NCBI GenBank assembly: GCA_000165425.1
Contig: CT868241.1
Location: 124,001-188,000, forward strand
DNA: 64,000 nt
Direction: 5' to 3'
DNA from: Paramecium tetraurelia
Taxonomy: Eukaryota
The notes under the pieces are model-generated. The model was not told the origin of the DNA, ran no database searches, and saw nothing but the letters and a program-made list of their open reading frames with translations. This document shows positions 31,510-44,843 of the stretch, one piece after another; position 1 is the first letter of the stretch; each line of letters begins with the position of its first letter. Both the position numbers and the translations under genes were made by a program.

Positions 31510-32640
31510 ATGAAAATAAGTAGTGATTGGGATAGTCTAACATTTTAGAAAATATGGAAGAACTCAGTAAACAAGCGTAGCCTTCATAATCACTAAAAAG
31601 GCTAATCTTATTCATAGTCTTTCCGCAAAGTTTAAATCAATTCATATTTTAGTACATATTAAGATATCTCAAATTAACCATCTAACACATAAATGGCAGC
31701 AACTAGTATATATGCTTAACACTTAAGGTATTGTTTCTTATCTAGTTAATATTTTAGTGATTTTATTTTAATTTACAAAATAGGTCACAATTTTGTTTAT
31801 ATCAAGAAATTTGACATTCACAACCTTTTATTCTTTATCTATTAATAAACCATATTATTTTTTTAGATCTTAATATAATTTGAGTGATTATTTCTATAAA
31901 TATCATCTATCTCAAACTTCTCAATATAGCCTGTTTCTTTAGAATACAATATTTTTCATCTGAATAATTATATCATTAATGCCTCTTATATCAAATATAT
32001 CTTAATTGTGATATATTTAACTATTTACTTAACATTTTATTTCTATTCTAAATAAATTTAAATCTAAATGATATTGATAAGACAATATAGAATTCAATTA
32101 ACATTTGGTTTTCCAACAATGATGAACATAAGGGTAAGAATATAAAAGCAAAAAGTCTTTCATAAAATAATTTTATTTTTTAATTTATAATTTAAGTATA
32201 GACAATGCCTCTAAAATTTCTAAAGTTGTAGAGGTATTATTGAAAAAGGCAAAAATAATATATTTTTCTATTAATGTTAAGAAGGACTATCATTTTATTT
32301 TGTAAAAAATGAAAAGTCTCTAAAAAAGAGAATGTGTTCGCGAATATGGCAACTCTAAATATATTTAGCAAAATAGTGAAAATTTATTAATAAATGTACG
32401 GTATTATATTTGTAAACAAATCAATTGATGTTGAGCTTAGTTCTTCTCCAATGTCTACGTTTTGAATTATACCTAGTAAAGTCTTATATTCATTTGATAC
32501 CTGATTGTGTTATCAGTTCTATATCTAAACCAATTTGGAAGAGGTCTATTTTGCTTATTGGCTTTAATCAATCTCTTCTTCATTCTCAATGACTTATGAG
32601 CGCCCTAAATAAACATAAGTGAAAGTCAATACCATTTTAA
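31510..32640 (+). pseudogene. Heavily decayed relic, possibly of a cyclic-nucleotide-regulated cation channel gene
   Basis: Coding-like hydrophobic fragments interrupted by many TGA; only a weak resemblance to channel/cNMP linker sequence. Confidence 0.2.
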
Positions 32641-32803
32641 ATCTTCTTTTAATTTATTTAATAATTTATTCCAAACATATAATTCTTTAATCATTTCGAT
32701 ATCACTAAGTACTCCATTTTAGTGGCTATATGTGAGACACAAGAAATCCTCAGACTTTTTGAAATAAGATAATAAAATTGCAAATAGCAATTATTAATTG
32801 AAA

Positions 32804-34079
<1,276 letters not shown>

Positions 34080-34292
34080 CTACATATTTAAGGATTAATA
34101 TTAAATATAATAAATACTATATAAATTAGACATATGAAATTTAATAATTAGGAACCTAATTATATGTCAATTAATATTAAATTAGTAAATAAAATTGTTA
34201 CTCTACACTGCCAATTTACAAAAAAGATCAGAAAATGACAACTACTTTTTCGTGATTATTGATTGATTAACTGTACAGAAAAAATAACAAAA

Positions 34293-34959
34293 TCATCTGA
34301 ATCTTCTAAGGGAAATTCTATTTCTTCTTGCATAATTGGCTCTTCTTGAAGGTCTTGTTTAATTATTACGATGACCCTTAACTCTGAGTCCTCTGCTCTT
34401 TCTGCCAGCAGATGTTAATCCTTAAATTATTAATCATATACACAACCTCTCAATTCTCTATGCTTATGAACAGGCTTAGTAATCCAGTTGATTCTTGAAT
34501 CACCTCTGATTGCTGGATGGAATGGATCCACAGTGATGACTTCATAGTATTTATATGTGCCATCTTAAGCAACCCAATAGGAATTTAAGACTCTCAATGC
34601 TCCAATTTTTCTTCCCACTCTTTCTTCTGCCACAGATCTAAGATTTCTTGTTGGCTTTAATTAATTGACTCCTTGACTCTTGGGCTTTCCTTTGACGAGT
34701 CCCTTTCTAATGAGCAATTTTCTGCCACCTCTTCGTACTCTCACTCTGTAAATGACATAGCCTAAATAATTGTTCACTATGAATTACCTTGTTTGGCTTT
34801 GTAACCCAATCTCCTTGCCTTGTCTGGTCTACTTGGTCTAGTGGCTCTATGGATTACAGGCAATTATCTGTATTCCCATGTTCGAATTCTCATGATAAAG
34901 CTCAACACATCTGATTGTTTCTTTTTCCAAAGTTCTTGTAAATATTTGTATGCTCCCAT
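34293..34959 (-). CDS. RPL15: 60S ribosomal protein L15 (eL15)
   Basis: [42 protein letters not shown]; two short introns. Confidence 0.97.
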
Positions 34960-35537
34960 TTGAAAGTGTTAAAAGATTTTATTAATGAATAATTATCAAA
35001 TCCCCTTAAAGATGCCACAATATATAAATTTAATCATTTCTTTTAATTTTTATAACATTACTTAATTTTTTGTGAATAACGATTAAATTCTTTCATTAAA
35101 AGTTTATTCTTCTATAGAATTATTTCTTTCTTGACAATTCTCTTTCTTCCTAGAAATCTTTGATGATTTTCCGCGTCCTATTTAATATATATAATAATTA
35201 GAAATCTTATCTCTAAATATAGTACTATACACATATTTTAACATTCAAAAACATTTACTAAAACAAAGGAAAATCTCTAAAGGTTCAATTTCAATGAAGA
35301 CCTTACCATATCTTAAGAATAAAATAGAATAATATTGATTCATTTAATATTCATGTTATCAAATCCATGATTATTTTAGTATATTGGGTGATTGTAAATT
35401 TTCTTCATTTAAATGGCTCTTCATCTTAAATATGAATTAAGAATCAAAATTTAAATAATTCTTATATAAATTCTCACTTAAACTAAAAAGTTTGTGATTT
35501 ATTTTGAAACTAAGTATAAAAAGAAAAAGTAAAAAAA

Positions 35538-35610
35538 CACCCATGGCAGGGATTGAACCTGCAGCCTACAGCTTAGAAGGCTGTCGCGCTACCAATTGCG
35601 CCACATGGGC
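35538..35610 (-). tRNA. tRNA-Arg (anticodon UCU)
   Basis: 73-nt cloverleaf: GCCCATG/CATGGGT acceptor stem, ACAGC-CTTCTAA-GCTGT anticodon arm, GGTTCAATCC T-loop, followed by a T7 Pol III terminator. Confidence 0.96.
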
Positions 35611-35680
35611 ATCTGTACTTAAAATACATATATTGATTATTAGAATACTTAGAAAGTAATAGATAAATTTTATAATTTAT

Positions 35681-36564
35681 TCATCCTAAAAATATTTGCA
35701 CTATTGTTTAGAAAGTATCATACATTTTAACTATTTCACTCATAAACTGATTATAATAGGTGGCTTCAGTTTTGTTCTTTTAAAATTATAATCAATAAAT
35801 AATACTTCATCACCGCATAAGAAGCATTTTTTCTAATATCCTTTATTACATGTACCACAATAAGTATGAGCACAAGGAATAATGGTTACTGCATCATTTA
35901 CAAATTTCCCGCAATATTTACAAAGCAACTCATGATGGAGGTGAATCTAATGTTAAATCTCTTTTACTGTTTATTATTACAAATGCTTCGCTTTCAATTC
36001 AAATTATTTAAATTTGTCTTGAATCTAGAAATTTTGTTCTTAGGTTTTCCATAGTTATTATTCTGTCCTGTGCAATTGATCTTTTAATTCAGATTCCAAA
36101 GAATTCATTTACTTCCTAATATTCAAAACGTCGTTATCCTATTTTTCATCTTGTAAACTTTCATAAGCCAATTTAAGAGATAAGAATTTCCTCTCTAGTT
36201 ATTCGATTGTCTTTTATTGCTCTTGATTTTTTTCTTATAATTCCGTACATTCTTTTTCCTCAATTTACATAATTAATTGTTTTACTTTATCCAGATACTT
36301 TTATTCCCAATTGCAAGGTATTTCAAATTGCTACATAGGATTAACCAATGAATTGAATAATTTCTTCTATACTAATTTCTTAAAAACAGGCATTTATTTC
36401 AAACTAGGCTGAGTTTTTTGCCTTTTTGTTTAAACACTTTGTCCTTGTTATTTCACTCCCAAATCTTCTGAAGTCTTATACGATCTAATGTCAAACTTGA
36501 ATGTTGTTTTAGATAATATTTTTGGAGTGCCTTGTTCAAGCGAAGGAAATCTTTAAGAATACAT
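35681..36564 (-). CDS. Coiled-coil plus C3HC4 RING finger protein
   Basis: LLCKYCGKFVNDAVTIIPCAHTYCGTC...CFLC near the C-terminus. Confidence 0.8.
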
Positions 36565-36644
36565 TATATAAATTTTTAATACGAATATTAGTATGTTTTT
36601 ATGTTCGAGTAATCAGGTAGACAAAATAGAAATCATCTCTAAAA

Positions 36645-37479
36645 TCAATCATTTTCAAAATCAGAATATTCCCATTTAGTCAAGGGAATTGAAGATTTTT
36701 TTTTTATGTTCAACTATTAGATATTGGATTTACCAACCGTTTGCCTTAATTAAACATTGTTGATTTTGAATGTTTTTACTTTATACGGTTTTTCTTAAGG
36801 AGACATTGAAATCGTTTTTATTCTATCAATGATTTTACACTTTTCCACATTTAATCCCAAAGTACATCCAGCAGGTTTAATTAAACATATTTTCTTACAT
36901 TTTTGAAAGGAAGAATTAACTCTTGATTAAGGGGGTCGTTAAGTGAAGAAATCATCTTTCTTAAATTCTGGTTATAGAAAGGAAATTTAAGTTTAATTGA
37001 TATTAAATTGATTAGATTCTGGCATTTTACAAGTGATACTTCTATCTCTAATTTAGGATATCCTTTCTAAAATCTTTTATTTAAAATCTACTCTTTTATA
37101 AATATCCTATTAATTTGATTCATTATGAGTTAGAGTTTTGTATTTCTAGCAGAATTATTTACTAAACTATGCTTTCTTTTATTGGATTGATTTTGTAGTA
37201 AAAAATAAATTATAAAGCTACTAATTTTTTGGAGAACGAGTTTACAAATAACTTGGATTATAATGTTCTCTTTGAGTTATTTGATATATTGAGAATTATA
37301 GTATTTTTCTATTCTATTTTATTTATTATAAAGCAGGATAATTTGTTATATTGCATTACTTAGGAGGACTGTTGCTATCTGATAAACTAACCGTAAAGGG
37401 TGCTAACGATTTGACAGGATCATCTGCTCTATAAATCGACAAAAATAGTCTACCCAAACAAATCTATAGTTGTGTTCAT
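36645..37479 (-). CDS. Hypothetical low-complexity protein (exon structure uncertain)
   Basis: MNTTIDLFG/ADDPVKS after a 25-nt intron; C-terminal SSIPLTKWEYSDFEND-TGA; middle frame ambiguous. Confidence 0.45.
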
Positions 37480-37529
37480 GTATATAAATAAATATAAAAA
37501 TTACTAAAAAAATTTCTAATTAATATTTT

Positions 37530-38242
37530 TCATAAACAGTCTAATAGACATTCAAATGTTGGAGCTGGCAATATTATAAAATTCTTCTCATTATGACCTT
37601 GACTACATTTCTATCCTATAAAAATATGAAGCACATTGTCTTTTAATTCCTTTTACATTTCTTTAAATTGATTATAATTTGAATTGCTGTAATAAACTAT
37701 GTAATCAAATTAGCTAAAATCAATATTTTACTTTTCCTATGCATTATTTGATAAGGTTTGATAACCTTCAAAGATAGTAACTTAATGTTTATCTAATTTA
37801 ATGATTACTTATACTTTAGAGTTCTATTCCTATCTCCGACAGATTTCCAATAATGTATAACAAATTCAACTGTTAATTTTATGATAACAAATACATAGTC
37901 AGTTCATTCTAATTGTTAAAAACCTAGATTGAATCACATCCCAATTCTTTTTCTATTTTCTCTTTTGTTTTATTGCCTACAACTAAGTAATTTTTTGTTT
38001 TGCATTTAGTTTGACATTAAATATAAGACTAAACTCCATTAACACTATGAAATAGAACATCTTTCATTTAGTATAAATTTTGGATTACAATCATAATTAA
38101 TGCCTTGATCTATTTCAAATTATTTATATGCAAATTATAATAGATTCAAATGACTAGTCTGTATTCCTTTCTTAGTTAATTACTCTAATTGTTGTTGTGT
38201 GTAAGCTTCTGATTTGATTACTAATAAATTTTTATTAAACAT
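37530..38242 (-). CDS. UROS: Divergent uroporphyrinogen-III synthase (HemD/Hem4 family)
   Basis: Ordered motifs YDYVLFHSVNGV, YLVVGNKT, LYIIGNLS, IFEGYQT, DYIVYYSNS, IFIGQKC, PAPTFECLL; about 227 aa with one intron. Confidence 0.7.
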
Positions 38243-38330
38243 TTTTATTCGATAATTATACAGAATTAACAAAAATGAAATCAAAAAAAAGGTTTTCAGG
38301 AAATATGTATAATATGAATAGATTATTTGT

Positions 38331-38687
38331 TCATTTAACATTCTTCTTAAAATCATTGATGAATCCTTCAACAGTTGATTTTGCAGTTTGAATACATTAA
38401 TCTTATGAATTTGTCTTGATACATTAATCAAATGTAATTCCCATAAACAACATCTTAAAATCAAAGGCCTTCATTTATTTATCAACATTTTTGCTTCTCT
38501 TATACATACCTTTTGTAAATTATCAATTCAATATACATTATGCATATTTCTCTATATTTTTGCCATTTTAACTCATGCATTGCTCATGATATTATGATGG
38601 AATATTCTAGACTACTTCTTCAAATCCTCTTTGAACTACATCTAATGTTTTTTATAATTATTGATGAACAGGACTTGCTGCACTCAT
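38331..38687 (-). CDS. Small helical four-cysteine protein (paralog B)
   Basis: MSAASPVHQQ...CMSQNGKNIEKYAQC...CIKTNSQDQC...FKKNVK; intron inside the second Cys codon. Confidence 0.75.
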
Positions 38688-38721
38688 ACCAGAAATAAAT
38701 TTTAATTAAAAATAATAACAC

Positions 38722-39103
38722 TCATTACTTCAATGTTAATTCGATGCTCTTTAAATATTCTTGCTATATCTACATTATATTATTAATAGCTAATTATTGA
38801 CATTAAGTTCTTTCATTGGTGTTAAGGCACTCTGCTATTTCATATTTTAGGTAATCTATTTTAAACTCCATTTTCTTTTCTTCCTTTATTTATCTCTTTT
38901 GAAATTTCATCATGCCTTACATTATAAATAATTGTACACTTCACAAATTCAATGCTATTTGCCTTATTCTCTTAAAAACACTATTGTTCATAACTTTGAT
39001 ATTTCTAAACAACTTAACCAAAGAAATTTGTAGTAGTAAAATCAGTAACTTCGTTTCTAATTTCTTGTAATAGTTTAGTTGTCTCATCTTCATTCCTATT
39101 CAT
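38722..39103 (-). CDS. Small helical four-cysteine protein (paralog A)
   Basis: MNRNEDETT...CFQENKANSIEFVKC...CLNTNERTQC...LTLKQ; intron inside the second Cys codon. Confidence 0.75.
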
Positions 39104-39211
39104 TTTTTATCAATTATTCCAAATTTTAAATAATTAAAATAATGTTACTGTTCATGAATATACTATCGAAAATTAAGGTTTATTTTTTAAGAATTATATT
39201 TAATTATTTAT

Positions 39212-39721
39212 ATGATGAAATTAATAGAGCTGGAAGGATGGTAACAGTATTCGACATCTCCATATATAAATTAATTAAAATAACTCTCGTAATCCCCTGA
39301 AATTACACCAACAAAACGATAGCTCTAAGATAAGTTGCCTTCAATCCATTAGAAAAAGTAAGAATGCCATAAAATCCAGAATTACAAATCAAGTTATTTT
39401 GCAAATAAAAATTAAATGGGATATCAAGTCATTAGTGAAGAAAGAAAGTCTCAAAAGCTTACCAAACAATACACTGAAGTGCATTAGTAATAATACTAAT
39501 TTCATGAATTGTCCTCCTTTATAGAATCCCCTAAGAAATCAAAAAAAATGAGAGAACTTTAGGATAGTTTATTCTAAAAAAGATCATATAGGTTGAAAGT
39601 CAAAAATAAAATGTTGAATTTAAAATAGAAATCACCTCTCCATAATATATCCTAATTATTGAGAAAATTAAATAGTGAAGACATAAATAAAAATGAATTA
39701 GTATAAATTTTAGATAAATGA
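39212..39721 (+). CDS. Hypothetical protein
   Basis: Ciliate-code ORF MMKLIELEGWQQYSTSP...; 3' end uncertain. Confidence 0.5.
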
Positions 39722-40329
39722 ACCTTTCGATCATGTCTTAATCGGCATATAGATTACTCTTCATTATCCTTATTCTAATATTATTACACTCATCTAATTT
39801 AGGTCTTCTTATAGTATGAAATTCTTATTAATCCTTGAATTGAATATCAATTAGATATTACCTGCAATTCTTAAATCTTGTAGATTCGAAATATCCGAAA
39901 CAAATTAAATAATTACACATGACTGATTTTTAATATATGAATATCTCTCTTTTGAATATTGCTTTCGATATCATCTTAAAATGTAAATATTTGATATGAA
40001 TTTATCTCATTTAAAATAAGTTTTGCTGAACATAGTAAAAATGTCTTACCCATAATGTAATTAAATATGTGAAAGCATAGAATTTAATCATTGTAATTTT
40101 TACTTTTCAATTGTATTAAATTTGTTTCTAAACTATATTCATCCTTTTGTATAAAAGTATTTGAGAAATATTTATTAAATTCATTAAAATAATAGAACTC
40201 CAACAACAATCTCTTTTACTTAAACACCTAATTATATAAAAACTGATTGATTTGTTATAAAAATGATAAAAAAAATAATATAAAATAATATGAACTTTAT
40301 ATAATGTACTTGAATATGATGTTATTGAA

Positions 40330-40860
40330 TCAAAATAAAACAAATTGTTTTCTGACATTACCAATGATTTCATTTGGGATAACTTTCAAAACATTGAATC
40401 TCACAGTTTTAGATAATGGTCTATCATTGTTATTCAAAATACCTGCATTATCCACATACAACAATATCACCTTCCTTGACTGGGCCAAATGCTGGTGAAA
40501 TGTGGACTGGGACATTTCTATGTCTCTTTTCATATCTATTATATTTGGCAACATAGTGCAAATAATCTCTTCTAATAATAATTGTTCTGGTCATTTTGGT
40601 TGAGATGACTATGCCTCTGTAATTACACTATTTTTATATATATACTTTAAGATTGCTCCTCTAACACTAACATTTCCAGTAAATGGGCATTTCTTATCAA
40701 TATAATGTCCTTCAATAGCATCCTTTGGTACTTTGAATCCAAGTCCAACTTCTTTCCAATATCTCACTCCTTTAGATGTTTTCTTAGCCAAAAGTTTTTT
40801 AGAATTTTAAAAGATTCCTTCTTGCTTTTAAAAGGCTCTTTATGTTTGGACGTCTGCCAT
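40330..40860 (-). CDS. RPS11: 40S ribosomal protein S11 (uS17)
   Basis: [51 protein letters not shown]; two introns. Confidence 0.97.
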
Positions 40861-41107
40861 AATGTATATTTTAAAAATAAAAGATATAAATTTTTATGCT
40901 TTCAAAAGTAAATGTTCAAACTTAGATTATTTTAAATTACAATTCTCCTGGTATTATTTTAAAATCCTATCTTTCTTTAAACGATCCATTATAATAGACA
41001 TTCTAAATTCAAATATCAGAAGCATTTATGCACATACTTTTGTTTATTATTTAAAAAATCATTCAATCACATTTTGAAGACTACTTCCTTATATAGGGTT
41101 CGATTCA

Positions 41108-42920
41108 TGCGAGTCTTCAGTTATCCAACATTAATAATTAAGTAGTGTATAGATATAGAAGATATAACCAAATTAAAATAATTCTATAAATTGATATTTT
41201 TGAAATATGATCTAATGAATCAATATATAATATTATGCATTCCTCTATTTTAGAAAAGATATCCTTCAAATTATTACTCATCATTTTGTAAATCCCCAAT
41301 ATTTAAGTATAGATAAACTGTTGATCAAATTTAATATTTGGTCAACTGAAGATAATAAAGATATTATATATACCTACTCCTACTTAGTTTAATTCAAATG
41401 CTTAGAAATCCAAATAACCATATCTCAGCAAATCTCTGTTCTTTTCTATATTTTAAAACTTTGGATAAATGCTTTGATCATAAATTTGAGCTTAAAGGTT
41501 TTAGACAAGAACTGCTGAAAGGTAAATAGAAAGCTAAAAATCCGTTCCTAAATATACTGAAACTCCTGGCTTGTAAAAGGGAAGCCATCTATTTTTGATT
41601 TAGTAATTGAATTTATTCTATTATCAATTATTAGAATCAGACTGTTTTATACTCAATTAAGAAAGTATATAGAAACTTTATTATTTTATCAAATGTTAAA
41701 AAATATTAAAATCAAGCAATCAGGAATCTAATTTTTAGACATTCTAAATTTTTTAAGTTAGGAATAGATGTTTATTTGCTAAACATCCTGTAGTGGTTCT
41801 ACATCTATCTTTAAAATTTTATTTAACTAATGAATTATCCAACTGGGCTTGTACTCTTAATTATATACTATGTGATTATCCACGAGGTGAAACTTATAAC
41901 CATTTTTTATTAACACTTAAATTTGATTCTTTTTGATTTAAATATTGTTAAAGTCCTGTAGGAGAATATTGACTTGATATGCTTCGATACTTCTTTGGAA
42001 TTATATGAGAAATTCTTTTATTATCATCAACATAAAATCTATTTTAAAATGAAGAATCTATGTTTTATTGTTAATTTTAAGGTTCAGGCTTCTTTTTTTA
42101 CCTGTCATTTTATTTTTTTACTAATAATTAAAAGGAACACTAAGTTAAATTATACGTAACTGATTTACTCAGTTTTGATTGGATCATACTAGGAATCTAA
42201 CTGAATTTTGATGATTATCTTTATTCTTGACTAGCAGGTTATAGGTTTGAAGTATCTATTTGAGCAATCGAATTTTACCATAAGGTAACCATATCTTTTT
42301 CAATATGTTTGTCCTGAGTCATGTCAATTAAACTAATAAGATGGTTACTCTGGCTTATTCTTAACAACTTACTTATTCTTAATTTAAGCTATTACTTAAT
42401 AGTATAAAGATTGCAATATCAAAATTAATTTGATGATTAGACTCTCTTAATGGGTTTTGTAAATATCTGGTTTTCATAAAATATAATTATATTGTAAATA
42501 AAATTTTTTTAGATTAAGAGACTCTCCTCATTGCTTAGCATATAGATATAAATATACTAAATAAATTCAGACTCTGTTAATATGAGGAATTATATATATA
42601 AGAAATATGATGAACAAAGTCTAGCGAGTGAATAATTTTAGGAAGATCGTTTGAATAAAGGAATTAAAGAAGATGGAAAGAATCTATTTTTAATGGACCT
42701 TTTTAGTTATACTGTTTAATTTCATCACCATTTTATGTTTTAAGATAAGAAATTATTTGATCTCTAATTTGATTTCTTAAAATCCCAAATGACACTTTGT
42801 TATTTGAATATAAACCTCAATTATGGAGAATTCAAAACTTTTGAACCAGCTAAATATTTGCAATATTTAAGAAGAAGGAATTTTCACGAAGAAATCAGTT
42901 TGCAATTCGTTTATATGTGA
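41108..42920 (+). pseudogene. Probable decayed multi-pass membrane protein/channel relic
   Basis: Coding-like hydrophobic segments (FDWIILG, FLTTYLFLIQAITQQY) in shifting frames with several in-frame TGA; a C-terminal-like segment ends at TGA 42918-42920. Confidence 0.3.
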
Positions 42921-43118
42921 AATTTTAAATCACTATTTTTATATATATTTAAATTATAAAATTATGCATTAGTTTTTGAGGGTTAATTCTCTTAATTTTT
43001 GAATGCAATCATTTTGGTGCACTAAGCTTTTTTAATTATAACTATTTGACATGAGAGTTGAGATTTTATTTCAGATTTAGATTTATCATCCATTTATTAT
43101 AAATATATATACATATAA

Positions 43119-43910
43119 TCAATCAAAGTGGGGATTTGGAAATATTTTGAAAATATTATTACTGTATTATTCCCAATCGTTCTAATCATCACAAATTTCA
43201 GATAGAATATTTTATTAGTATGGGTAAGGAGATGTTATTGATTCATCTTCGTTTTTATTTGATTTAGTATTTTCATAAACTTCTTAATTTTATTTTTTGA
43301 GATTTTCTTCAAATTTCTATTGTTTTTGCTGAATCATAGCTTTTCTAATTTTGGATTTATTTTTTTTCATATATGATCTTAAATATCCCATCTTTTTTTC
43401 TGTAATCTCTTAAATATTGATAATTAATGCGGCCTTATTAAAAATTTGAATGTAATCTTCTAAAGTCTTTTTAGGAACCTAGACTAAATCAGCAGCCTCT
43501 TTTAAAGTGACCTTTTTTAAAATTCCATTTTCTTAAATTCCATTTCTGAAGTAATATCTCCATTATTGTACTCTATCGTATGCATCACCTATGCTTCTTT
43601 CTTTAACTCGTTTTGAAGTAAGGTCTTAGTAAAAGTTGCTATTCATATGAAGTAATTAATATACATTTTAAATTGATGCTTGGTTATGTAGAGCAGGTTC
43701 CATATAAATTTTATACTATTACTAGTGTTCTGCAAAAATGGCTGAAGCAATCTCACAAAAATTTTGAAGAGCTTTAATATAGTAGGTTATTGAGATGAAG
43801 AGCCTCCTTATTTTAAGACTTATGAATTGGACAAGTGGCCATCTCTGAGCAAAAGTAATCATGAAATTCTTAAAAGAATATTTTCCATTCTTAATTTATA
43901 TTCTAATCAT
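43119..43910 (-). CDS. Putative helix-turn-helix DNA-binding protein
   Basis: KRVKERSIGDAYDRVQQWR...VTLKEAADLVQVPKKTLEDY...KKMGYLRSY; 5' exon structure uncertain. Confidence 0.6.
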
Positions 43911-44082
43911 TTCCGAGATTAAGCAATTCAAAAAATAATTTTAATTTTACGATTAAAAAGAACAAAATTTCTAGAATTTAATATAACTTATAAATATTTT
44001 ATAGGAAATATATTGGGAATAAATTAACATTTAAATGAGTGTCTTAGATTAATGTTTTACAATGAATAATACTAATGATAAT

Positions 44083-44583
44083 TCATGAGGCGTGCTTCTT
44101 TGTTTCTGATCTAACAAACTCTTCAAATTTATTCTTGTCACTTTTATACATCTCCATTGCTTAATTGTTGAGTGATTAATCAGTATTGACTTGTCCAAGG
44201 ATGTTTAAGATTTTTTCCAAGACCTACTTGACAGTTTTTGTTGGTTGCCATTAGTCCTAATCCTCAATCAATCAAAATACCTTTGTTTCAATCATGTCTT
44301 CGCAAAATTCACCCTTTTCATTAATATTTGGATGGAAGATTTTAGTTTAGAATTAAAAGAAGGGGGCCTTGAATGGGTAATTCTCTGGGAAGGTGATGGC
44401 GAGTTTAAACTTTCCTCCTTGATAAGCTGTGCCTTCTGGTCCTGCAACAATAGCAATCCATCTATGATTAATTATATTGAATCTATACAATAATCTATTA
44501 TTAGGATCAGGTGTAATATTCACTCCTGCAAGTGGATTACCTGTAGTCAAGTCTTGAAGCTCTTTATTAAGTCTGTTTTGCAT
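44083..44583 (-). CDS. Ubiquitin-conjugating enzyme E2
   Basis: RLNKEL, GPEGTAYQGG, FPENYPFKAP, FHPNINEKGEFC (catalytic Cys), WQP; two introns. Confidence 0.92.
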
Positions 44584-44843
44584 TTGAAATTGATAAAATA
44601 AATAATGTTTAAATCTTTTGCATATTTATTTGATGCTTTAATAGAAAATAACATATATATATATTGATAATTAGACAATAAATTATTCTTTAATGATTCA
44701 TTTACAATATTATATACAATATTTGCATATTTGATAATCTCAGAGCCTGGCTTAATGATTTATAAATAAAACTAACTATCCATCACAGATTGATTTAAAT
44801 TTTTTCATTATTATAAATTAACTTAGATAACTTTATTAATTAT

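Noticed and set aside
35161..35220. TGATGA box-C-like motif near the tRNA
   Set aside because: No suitably placed box D or terminal stem, so a snoRNA is not supported.
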